Origin: Tubiluchus corallicola
Taxonomy: Eukaryota; Animalia; Priapulida
Direction: 5' to 3'
Assembly: GCA_030141605.1 (NCBI GenBank)
Contig: JAQGDQ010000739.1
Coordinates: 18,165-82,164 of the forward strand
DNA length: 64,000 nt
A program made the translations under genes and the position numbers. Positions 48,536-60,098 of this stretch are shown piece by piece; the first letter of the stretch is position 1; each line of letters starts with the position of its first letter. The notes beneath the pieces were generated by a model. It was not told where the DNA came from. It made no database searches and saw only the letters and a list, made by a program, of their open reading frames with translations.

Positions 48536-48898
48536 CTGAACATTCTACACTTTTTTAAGGATTGAATAAGTGGAGTAACTTTTTCTGGGGGTGATTTAAC
48601 CGTCCGTTAAATTATTATTGTCTCGTCGTGCGCCAAAAAGTCCTCCCTTTTAGGTTTTCAACTGCTTGCAAGCCCGGGACGACATGAATTCTAGAACAGT
48701 ATAAAAAGCTAAGCCTGCAGCATAGTTGATTTAATATACTAATGGCTTGCTCGGGCTGCCTAGCAATGAGATGTGAGCAAAAGAAAATTCTAAGCCAATT
48801 TGTTCTCAAACTGGAGATATCTTTTATTAAAAGGGTTGCAGGGGTACTGCATTTCTAAGAAGATTTCTTTACGTGCCTGTTTTTTTTATACTTAAAAC

Positions 48899-51800
48899 AA
48901 ACCTAAAGCTGATGTAGTAACACACCTAAAGCTGATGTAGTAACACACCTAAAGCTGATGTAGTAACACACCTAAAGCTGATGTAGTAACACACCTAAAG
49001 TTGATGCAGTAACACACCTAAAGCTGATGTAGTAACACACTAAAGTTGATGCAGTAACACACCTAAAGCTGTTGTAGTAACATACCTAAAGTTGATGTTG
49101 TAACACACCTAAAGCTGATGTAATAACACACCTAAAGTTGATGCAATAACACACCTAAAGTTGATGCAGTAACACACCTAAAGTTGATGCAGTAACACAC
49201 CTAAAGTTGATGTAATAACACACCTAAAGCTGATGTTGTAACACACCTAAAGTTGATGCAGTAACACACCTAAAGCTGATGTAGTAACACACCTAAAGCT
49301 GTTGTAGTAACACACCTAAAGCTGATGTAGTAACACACCTAAAGTTGATGCAGTAACACACCTAAAGCTGATGCAGTAACACACCTAAAGTTGATGCAGT
49401 AACACACCTAAAGCTGATGCAGTAACACACCTAAAGCTGATGCAGTAACACACCTAAAGTTGATGCAGTAACACACCTAAAGCTGATGTTGTAACACACC
49501 TAAAGCTGATGCAGTAACACACCTAAAGTTGATGCAGTAACACACCTAAAGCTGATGTAGTAACACACCTAAAGCTGATGTTGTAACACACCTAATGTTG
49601 ATGTAGTAACACACCTAAAGCTGATGCAGTAACACACCTAAAGCTGATGCAGTAACACACCTAAAGCTGTTGTAGTAACACACCTAATGTTGATGTAGTA
49701 ACACACCTAAAGTTGATGCAGTAACACACTAAAGTTGATGCAATAACACACCTAAAGTTGATGCAGTAACACACCTAAAGCTGTTGTAGTACCACACCTA
49801 ATGTTGATGTTGTAACACACTAAAGTTGATGCAGTAACACACCTAAAGCTGATGCAGTAACACACCTAAAGTTGATGCAGTAACACACCTAAAGCTGATG
49901 TAGTAACACACCTAAAGTTGATGCAGTATTACACCTAAAGCTGATGTAGTAACACACCTAAAGCTGATGTAGTAACACACCTAAAGCTGATGCAGTAACA
50001 CACCTAAAGTTGATGCAGTAACACACCTAAAGTTGATGTAGTAACACACCTAAAGTTGATGCAGTAACACACTAAAGTTGATGCAATAACACACCTAAAG
50101 TTGATGCAGTAACACACCTAAAGCTGATGTAGTAACACACTAAAGTTGATGCAGTAACACACCTAAAGCTGATGTAGTAACACACCTAAAGTTGATGCAG
50201 TAACACACCTAAAGCTGATGTAGTAACACACCTAAAGTTGATGCAGTAACACACCTAAAGCTGATGCAGCAACACACCTAAAGCTGTTGTAGTAACACAC
50301 CTAAAGTTGATGCAGTAACACACCTAAAGTTGATGCAGTAACACACCTAAAGCTGATGTAGTAACACACCTAAAGTTGATGCAGTAACACACCTATAGCT
50401 GATGTAGTAACACACCTAAAGCTGATGTAGTAACACACCTAAAGTTGATGCAGTAACACACCTAAAGCTGATGTAGTAACACACCTAAAGTTGATGCAGT
50501 AACACACCTAAAGCTGATGTAGTAACACACCTAAAGTTGATGCAGTAACACACCTAAAGCTGATGTAGTAACACACCTAAAGTTGATGCAGTAACACACC
50601 TAAAGCTGATGTAGTAACACACCTAAAGCTGATGTAGTAACACACCTAAAGCTGATGTAATAACACACCTAAAGCTGATGTAGTAACACACCTAAAGTTG
50701 ATGCAGTAACACACCTAAAGTTGATGCAGTAACACACCTAAAGCTGTTGTAGTAACACACCTAAAGTTGATGCAGTAACACACCTAAAGCTGATGTAGTA
50801 ACATACCTAAAGTTGATGTAGTAACACACCTAAAGTTGATGTAGTAACACACCTAAAGTTGATGTAGTAACACACCTAAAGTTGATGTAGTAACACACCT
50901 AAAGTTGATGTAGTAACACACCTAAAGTTGATGTAGTAACACACCTAAAGTTGATGCAGTAACACACCTAAAGTTGATGCAGTAACACACCTAAAGCTGA
51001 TGTAGTAACACACCTAAAGTTGATGCAGTAACACACCTAAAGCTGTTGTAGTAACATACCTAAAGTTGATGCAGTAACACACCTAAAGCTGATGTAGTAA
51101 CACACCTAAAGCTGATGCAGTAACACACCTAAAGCTGATGTAGTAACACACCTAAAGCTGATGTAGTAACACACCTAAAGTTGATGTAGTAACACACCTA
51201 AAGCTGATGTAATAACACACCCAAAGCTGATGTAATAACACACCTGAAGCTGATGCAGTAACACCTAAAGTTGATGCAGTAACACACCTAAAGCTGATGT
51301 AGTAACACACCTAAAGTTGATGCAGTAACACACCTAAAGTTGATGCAGTAACACATCTAAAGCTGATGTAGTAACACACCTAAAGCTGATGCAGTACCAC
51401 ACCTAAAGCTGATGTAATAACACACCTAAAGCTGATGTAGTAACACACCTAAAGTTGATGCAGTAACACACCTAAAGCTGATGTAGTAACACACTTAAAG
51501 TTGTTGTAGTAACACACCTAAAGTTGATGCAGTAACACACCTAAATATGATGTAGTAACACACCTAAAGTTGATGCAGTAACACACCTAAAGTTGATGCA
51601 GTAACACACCTAAAGCTGATGTAGTAACACACCTAAAGCTGATGTAGTAACACACCTAAAGTTGATGCAGTAACACACCTAAAGCTGATGTAGTAACACA
51701 CCTAAAGTTGATGCAGTAACACACCTAAAGCTGATGTAGTAACACACCTAAAGCTGATGTAGTAACACACCTAAAGCTGATGTAGTAACACACCTAAAGC

Positions 51801-52522
51801 TGATGTAGTAACACACCTAAAGCTGATGTAGTAACACACCTAAAGTTGATGCAGTAACACACCTAAAGCTGATGCAGTAACACACCTAAAGCTGTTGTAG
51901 TAACACACCTAAAGCTGATTTAGTAACACACCTAAAGCTGATGTAGTAACACACCAAAGCTGATGTATAACACACCTAAAGCTGATGTATAACACACCAA
52001 AGTGATGTATAACACACCTAAAGCTGATGTAGTAACACACCTAAAGCTGATGTAGTAACACACCTAAAGCTGATGTAGTAACACACCTAAAGTTGATGCA
52101 GTAACACACCTAAAGCTGATGTAGTAACACACCTAAAGTTGATGCAGTAACACACCTAAAGCTGATGTAGTAACACACCTAAAGTTGATGCAGCACCACA
52201 CCTAAAGCTGATGTAGTAACACACCTAAAGCTGATGTAGTAACACACCTAAAGCTGATGTAGTAACACACCTAAAGCTGATGTAGTAACACACCTAAAGT
52301 TGATGCAGTAACACACCTAAAGCTGATGTAGTAACACACCTAAAGTTGATGCAGTAACACACCTAAAGCTGATGTAGTAACACACCTAAAGCTGATGTAG
52401 TAACACACCTAAAGCTGATGTAATAACACACCTAAAGCTGATGTAATAACACACCTAAAGCTGATGTAGTAACACACCTAAAGTTGATGCAGTAACACAC
52501 CTAAAGCTGATGTAATAACACG
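48899..52522. repeat. 23-bp minisatellite, about 3.6 kb (roughly 155 copies)
   Basis: Unit TAACACACCTAAAG(C/T)TGATG(T/C)AG. Confidence 0.98.
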
Positions 52523-53654
52523 CATACCATTGCAGGAGTATTGCACTTCTAAGAAGATTTCTTTACATGTCTGTTTTTTATACAGAAAAAACTTCTGCAA
52601 GAAAGTAGAATTCAGCTTTTGATTAACCTATAAGCTGCTAAATAATAATATCCAATTTTCTTATCTGGCCTGCTTGCTGTTATGATTTTTAAACTTTCGT
52701 CCCTTTTTACACTTGCGAGGTTGCCCTACTGCTGTAAAGCAGCTCGACGCCTCTTTTGCCGAAAAGAAAATATATTTGTTGAGTGATAGAGTTTTCGCAA
52801 GCCAATTTGGAGCCAATGGTATTTCGTCAGATTGCTAATTTTTTGTATAGCCAAGCTCACCCCTCTCCCCGATGAGAGGGGGAGAAGTTAGCCCTCTTGG
52901 AGAGTAGAAATTAACACTGTCCTATAATGCAATAATATCCATTTCTATCACATTTCATTATTACTTTTGCATGTTTCAATTTGTTTTTAAGGTAAGTGGA
53001 ATTTTCAAGATGCCTTACAGAAGCTGCACGTCAAGTACGCGGTCAACGTGTTCTTCAGCGTCTGGGTCGGCGAGGATGACAAGAATTCAACTTCGCACAT
53101 TTTGCAGGTGATGTCATTGTTTTCATTGTTATGGTTATGATCAAAATTCGGTTTTTTCAGGCTTCATTCATTTTTTGTGGCAGTCTGTTAGATTGTTAAT
53201 GGTGTTTCATTTCAGTAGTGCAATACAGGACCTGGCTAGTAAATGTATCAATGACCATGTTGTGAAAACTGGTTTGTAGATTGTTTCGTCAGCGCCATTA
53301 AGAGATCGTGTGGCAATGACAACTGTACTACTTTAGCGCCTCTTCTCTGAAGATTCTGCTGGAATGTTAGCATTTCTAAATTCCATGCTAAGTGCTGCAT
53401 ACCGAGCTGAAAATAAAAATGCAGCATTTTCGTGTAATTAGTTTGATTAAATGCTTGGGTAGAAATATGCAGATATAATATAGTGTATTAGATAAGTTAG
53501 CACTTGTTCACTCGTCCACTTCAGACTGATTAGCAGTTTTGTCAATACGTGTACACTGGCACTGTAAGTGCTAATTGTGGTCGACAACAGAATGCCTGAA
53601 GCTGACGTTTAACCCATCTAAAGCTGGCATAGTAGTACACTACGAATACAAATA

Positions 53655-54812
53655 GCACATCTAAAACTGATGCCTAAATCAGATTTAGTAACATACCTAA
53701 ACCTGATGCAGCAACACACCTAAAGCTGATGCAGCAACACACCTAAAGCTGCTATAGCAACACACCTAAAGCTGATGCAGCAACACACCTAAAGCTGATG
53801 CAGCAACACACCTAAAGCTGCTATAGCAACACACCTAAAGCTGATGCAGCAACACACCTAAAGCTGATGCAGCAACACACCTAAAGCTGCTACAGCAACA
53901 CACCTAAAGCTGCTATAGCAACACACCTAAAGCTGATGCAGTAACACACCTAAAGCTGATGCAGTAACACACCTAAAGCTGATGCAGTAACACACCTAAA
54001 GCTGATGCAGTAACATACCTAAAGCTGATGCAGTAACATACCTAAAGCTGATGCAGTAACACACCTAAAGCTGATGCAGTAACACACCTAAAGCTGATGC
54101 AGTAACACACCTAAAGCTGATGTAGCAACATACCTAAAGCTGCTATAGCAACACACCTAAAGCTGATGCAGTAACACACCTAAAGCTGATGCAGTAACAC
54201 ACCTAAAGCTGATGCAGTAACATACCTAAAGCTGATGCAGTAACATACCTAAAGCTGATGCAGTAACACACCTAAAGCTGATGCAGTAACACACCTAAAG
54301 CTGATGCAGTAACACACCTAAAGCTGATGTAGCAACATACCTAAAGCTGCTATAGCAACACACCTAAAGCTGATGCAGTAACACACCTAAAGCTGAAGCA
54401 GTAACACACCTAAAGCTGATGCAGTAAATACCAAAAGCTGAAGTAGTAACACACCTAAAGCTGATGCAGTAACAAACCTAAAGCTTAAGTAGTACCACAT
54501 CTAAAGCTGATGCAGTAACACACCTAAAGCTGATGCAGTAACAGACCTAAAGCTGATGCAGTACCACACCTAAAGTTGGTGTAGTAACACACCTAAAGCT
54601 GATGTAGTAACACACTAAAGTTGATGCAGTAACACACCTAGAGCTAATGTAGTAACATCACTAAAGCTGTTGTAGTAACACATATAAAACTGATGTAGTA
54701 ACACACTAAAGTTGTTGTAGTAACACAACATAAAACTGATGTAGTAATGTCACTAAAGCTGATCTAGTAACACACATAAAGCAGATGTAGTAGCATCACT
54801 AAAGCAGATGGT
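53655..54812. repeat. Second array of the same 23-bp family (about 50 copies) with its own variant set
   Basis: Units CAACACACCTAAAGCTGATGCAG and ...GCTGCTATAG, with degenerate edges. Confidence 0.96.
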
Positions 54813-55312
54813 GTTACAGTTTTAGTTGTAACAATCCAGTGCAAGCGTTGAACAATATTTTAATTTCAGGTTAAGCTGTTTTTGTCAGTTCTTGGCTACA
54901 GTTTTTATATCTATTTTCCCTTGCATATTTTTTAGAAATTTATCATTTTTTCCTTCCCTTTTCGTCAAGTGCTTCCCCTTTTGAAGCAGACTGCCATGCA
55001 CATTAAAAATACACGTTCGGAGATGTGGCTTTCAACTGCTCATTTTACGTTTTGAGAAAGTTGTTTTTCTCTGTCTGCCTCCATAAAGCTTTGAAAGGCT
55101 TTTCCCTTATTAGGCTTCGCGGGATTCAATATAGCGGAGGGTTTGTGGCTTGTAGTAATCGTTACCGTCGTCGTTTCTGGTTTTCTTGCGCAGTTTGAAA
55201 GTAATGTTACTTTCCATCATACAAATTGAAAACGGCAATTTTTTGCATAACCTGCACATAGTAAAACAGTTTAAAAACACTAGTTTCATTGTCATGCCCT
55301 TTGTAAAGTAAG

Positions 55313-55752
55313 TAGGGGTGAGCATTCTCTACCAGAAAGCGAATTCGAATCGAACCGAATTTGTGACTTCCGAATTCGAATCGAACCGAACTTCAGTGTT
55401 TCGAATTCGAACCGAATTCGAATTGAGATTGAAAGATTTTCGAACTAGTTTTCGAACCACCAGTATAAATTAGTCTTACAAAGATCATGCATATTGCTTG
55501 ATTTTGTTCTGCAATAAAACGACTAGTAATTTGTTTAAAATTGTGTGCAGAAATCACAACTAAATTATGCTAATAGCATGATGTTTCAATCGTTTTAGTG
55601 ATAAAGAACATATGTGACTAAAGTGCTGAATTATTCGAATCTATAGTTTTGGATTCGAATCGAGTTCGAACTAAAAAAACTCGTTCGAATCGAATTCGAG
55701 CATTCGAATTCGATTCGAATGTTCGAACTCGACCGTTCAATGCTCACCCCTA
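55313..55752. mobile_element. Well-preserved hAT-type MITE with dense TTCGAA subterminal repeats
   Basis: Perfect 14-bp TIR TAGGGGTGAGCATT / AATGCTCACCCCTA. Perfect 8-bp TSD AAAGTAAG at 55305-55312 and 55753-55760. Confidence 0.93.
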
Positions 55753-56076
55753 AAAGTAAGACAAAGTGATGTCGTCATCATTATCTTCTCCAGAGTCACA
55801 TGTCTTCTGACATGACCCTCCTGATCACTTTACTCCATGCTGCCCTGTCAACCGCAACCTCCCATGTCTCTGTATTTCTGATATCTAACTGTGTGTTGAT
55901 AAGATGAAATTGATGTAATTCACAATTGTCCTCCTCGCAATTTTCTTTTCTCTCTGCAGTGTTTTTTGAAAGCTAATTTTAATGGACTGTCACTCTGGTA
56001 GTCGTATAACACATCCTATCCATCTTAATCTTCTCCTTCTGATTTTAAACTGATATAAATGTAATATCTAATACGA

Positions 56077-56256
56077 TATCATCATCATCATCATCATCAT
56101 CATACGCCCGTCATGTCTATTGTAGACATTGGGCAGGCAGAATTCTAAAATAAAAGAAATCTGCCTTCATCATCATCATCATCATCATCATCATATGCTC
56201 GTCACGTCTATTGTAGACATTGGGCAGGTAGAATTCTAAAATAAAAGAAATCTGCC

Positions 56257-56293
<37 letters not shown>

Positions 56294-56381
56294 ACATCAT
56301 CATCATCATCATCCTACACTCGTCACGTCTATTTTAGACATTGGGCAGGCATAATTCTAAAATAAAAGAAATCTACCTTCA
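56077..56381 (-). repeat. Three tandem copies of a (TGA)n-tailed, hairpin-containing unit; likely an amplified LINE/SINE 3' end
   Basis: Each copy is (CAT)n + CGTCA(T/C)GTCTATT(G/T)TAGACATTGGGCAGG...AGAAATCT(G/A)CCTTCA. The internal hairpin is ATGTCTA-TTG-TAGACAT. Confidence 0.8.
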
Positions 56382-56936
56382 GACAGGTAAATGTAGCAGT
56401 AATCCAGCAAAAAAACTAGACACTGCTACACCAGTGGCTTGTCAGCACCACTTCCATTATAATACGATATAAAAACTAAAGAGTTTCGATAATATGGGAA
56501 ATCTTTACTATTTGTTATCAGCTCATTCATCATCCGTAACCAAACAGTATTAATATCATCCAGTTTATTGGGCGTTAATGACACTTTTAGTGAAGAGCTA
56601 GAAAGCTGTTATATTTTCCCAGCTTCCGCATCGTCAGTGCATCTCATTGCTGCGTCGATGCATCCGTATCATCCGCAACATTCCACCGTGGGCGCGTAAT
56701 CACCAGCCTTGGTTGCTGAGTGAGAAAGGAAGCGGAAATTTCACGCTCCGTTCTACTACACGTCGTGCCACGTTTTAATGAAGTTGATTTGTCTTGGTGG
56801 TGGCTCTATTTTCTTGTTCGGCCTAGATTTTTCTTATCACATTATTAGATTAGATTTGTTTATTCATCATTTTAACACATACAAAAATAAAAGTTATGAA
56901 ACTACTAATTAACAATGCATTACAGTGCTGTGAGCG

Positions 56937-57747
56937 CAGCAGAAGAAATTAACTTATGAGCTACTCTCAACCTGGCTAGCTTATAGAGCAGTCTCTTCCA
57001 GTCCCTTCTTTCAAACACGCACGCACGCACACACACACACACACGAGTCATTCATAACTAGTGCTGTAGAAATTTGCAATCATTTTGTTGTAAAACGTAT
57101 ACAATGTTCACAGATGATGGTGGAATGTAGAATAACTGTATAACTTGTTTCGTTGCCATAAAAATTCTCTCCACACATAGTGGCATAAAAGCAACAAACA
57201 ATTTATTGAGAAAACCTTGCACTCAAGAACATATCCTTTAACATTGCTGTCTTTTGATCAACTGGAACTTGCATGCCTGAGAGAATAAAGCAGAAGAAAT
57301 TAACTTATGAGCTATGCTCAACCTGGCTAGCTTATAGAGCAGTCTCTTCCAGCTCTGGAAAGCTTTTTTAAGCTGAATCTGTATGTTTTTTCGTGAAAAA
57401 ATTTGCCTAAAGCCTGAGTGATGGTAATAAAATACTTGCACTACCACAGGAGTTCACCATACTTAAAACCAGATGACCTACACACACACACACACACAGA
57501 GTCATTCATAACTAGTGCTGTAGAAATTTGCAATCATTTTATTGTAAAACTTATACAATGTTCACAGATGATGGTGGAATGTAGAATAACTGTATAACTT
57601 GTTTTATTGCCATAAAAATTCTCTCCACACACACAGTGGCATCAAAGCAACAAACAATTTATTGAGAAAACCTTGCACTCAAGAACACAACCTTTAACAT
57701 TGCAGTCTTTTGATCAACTGGAACTTGCATGCCTGGGAGAATAAAGC
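56937..57747. repeat. Local duplication with arrangement A-B-A'-x-B'
   Basis: A (GCAGAAGAAATTAACTTATGAGCTA...GTCTCTTCCAG) occurs at about 56939 and 57290. B ((CA)n GAGTCATTCATAACTAG...GAGAATAAAGC) occurs at about 57030 and 57480. Confidence 0.92.
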
Positions 57748-59129
57748 TGTAATCACATAACCAGACATACAAGTTCCTATTGGAAGGTACATTAAATTCA
57801 TGCATACAGACCATAAATGGAAAGGTCACCTATACTGTACAGACTACTAGCTAAACCAAAATCAAAGTCTACTTGGCTTCTTTGATAGCAGAATAAAGAT
57901 TATTGGTTTACAGAAAGCTGTGTTATAATGTTATAAATTTTCTCTATTTAAATTTGAATGAGAGAGTTAGAACCAGAATTAAAGATTGAAATTAACAATC
58001 TAATTACTCTGATTAATGACTATTTCTAAAAGCAAAAGGAAACAATATTTAGAAACAAAAATCACTTTCTGACAAACTTTGTACAATTAGAGTGTAGATG
58101 GCAGCATAGACTAAATCAGTACTTTAGTGTAGTAGACTGACAATTAAATGGATCACATAATACCACAGTCGCGTACTCGGTACTATATGCGACAAGTGCA
58201 CTTTCTATTTAACTTCATTACCTGGACCACCTTGCTCTCAGACGCAGCATCCGATCTATCTTTAGCCGTGACATTTGTGCTAATTGCTTCTTATGAATTG
58301 CTGTGAACCAATTTCTTCCCCATTTTTGCAATAAATGCGGTTCGGTTATGCTAGTCAGGCGCGTGCTGCTAATAAGGAAACCGGCGGCAATAATTCTCCT
58401 CCTTCGGACGGCTTAGCCTTTCTGTATGTGTGATTGAGTGCAGATCAATAGGAGAGACCTTCCGTGAAAGTGCCAGAATTTTAGGATTCGTCATTTGCGT
58501 GTGTTCTACACCGCTATTTGCATCTTCCATGAAATGTGACACTAGTTTAAGAGCAAAAAAGAACAGACTATCAATTAATCCCGTTAAACAGTCATTGAAA
58601 TAATGTTTTAAGCTGTAATGCGCGTAAGTGGTGAAAATGCTAATAAACTGCCATTTAAGAAGCTGAAATATTCATATCTTTGCGCAGCTCTGTATACTTT
58701 GGCTGCAACAACCCCCCCTCCCCGCCATCTACCTCAACCTCAGATGCTTCTGTGCTTGCTTCTAGGCTTGGTCCATCACCGGGATGTCAATTTTTACTCC
58801 TTAGCACATTCATAAGATTTTGTCTAAATTTATTTTCTTATAATATAATATAAATTATATTATAATTTATATAGTTTAAGAGCAAAAGTTCATTGGTTAA
58901 GGTGTGCTCATTCATGATTTTTTGTACAAAGTGCCCCCCCCCCAATAAGGTTAATGGTCATACAAGGTCATATTCTCGGGAGAAAGATGAAACAAAGATG
59001 AAGTCCAGAATAAACAGAATCATTACAAGTAATTTGCTAGTGATAGAAACTGTCACTGACGGTGGTTTTGAAGCAGAAGACGACGGTGGTAGCAAAGAAA
59101 AATACTCTGGTATTATAATGTAATTTAAT

Positions 59130-59480
59130 GCAATACAATACAATACAATGTAATGTAATATATATATATAATGTAATGCAATATAATACAATATAATATA
59201 ATATAGTATAGTATAGTATAGTATAGTATAGTATAGTATAGTATAGTATAGTATAGTATAGTATAGTATAGTATAGTACAGTACAGTACAGTACAGTACA
59301 GTACAGTACAGTACAGTACAGTACAGTACAGTACAGTACAGTACAGTACAGTACAGTACAGTACAGTACAGTACAGTACAGTACAGTACAGTACAGTACA
59401 GTACAGTACAGTACAGTACAGTACAGTACAGTACAGTACAGTACAGTACAGTACAGTACAACAATACAATATAATATAAA
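59130..59480. repeat. Compound pentanucleotide microsatellite (ATACA/ATATA, then TATAG, then TACAG)
   Basis: Read directly. It is the source of the YCTVL and YYTIL pseudo-ORFs. Confidence 0.97.
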
Positions 59481-60098
59481 TGTAATATAATATGATATAA
59501 ATTATAATATAAATGTAAATTTATAATATAAAATCGTATAACAGACAAGGGGCTGCAAAAGGGGACCACATGGTCATCAGGTCAGCTGCTCCTATAACAA
59601 GAACAACTTGTTGCAACAGATTGCTTTATTTAGGAATTCACAGTTCATGTTGCGAAAACATAAACAGAAATAATAACAAAAAAATAAATTTCTGTATAAA
59701 AGTACAAAACAAAAAGAAAATCAAAGACATGTTAGCAAAAGCCAAACAAAAATGAAGAACTTGGGCCAAAAACGAAATAATAATCGAGACCAAATTAAAA
59801 TATAACAAAGAGAAAAATAATATGATTCATAAACAAAACTCGTACAGAAATCTAATCAAAATTTAGTTGAAGAACTTGCCCAAGCAAACAAAATAATAAC
59901 TATTGAAACTAAGGTAAAATGTAACACAAGGAACAAAAAAAGAAAAAAATGGATTATCATCGCCTCTGTTGGTTCAGTGCCTTGTCTCAGACACATATAC
60001 TTACTTGCTGAATCTAAAGCTAAGCTCTGTAGATTTTGCTGCCCATTAATCATCTGCATTAAATAAACTCTGTTTCTCGCTGCTTGGCCCCGTCTTGC

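Noticed and set aside
51945-52015. Several 21-22-bp shortened units clustered in the 23-mer array
   Set aside because: Clustered single-base losses look like long-read consensus errors, so I did not interpret them biologically.
48899-54812. CRISPR-like appearance of the regular short repeats
   Set aside because: Units are head-to-tail with no unique spacers, there are no cas genes, and the context is a eukaryotic intron. The same applies to all other arrays here.
55330-55730. GAA/TTC-rich motifs as heat-shock elements
   Set aside because: The spacing is GAATTC/TTCGAA with no 2-nt gap, not nGAAnnTTCn. They are better explained as transposon subterminal repeats.
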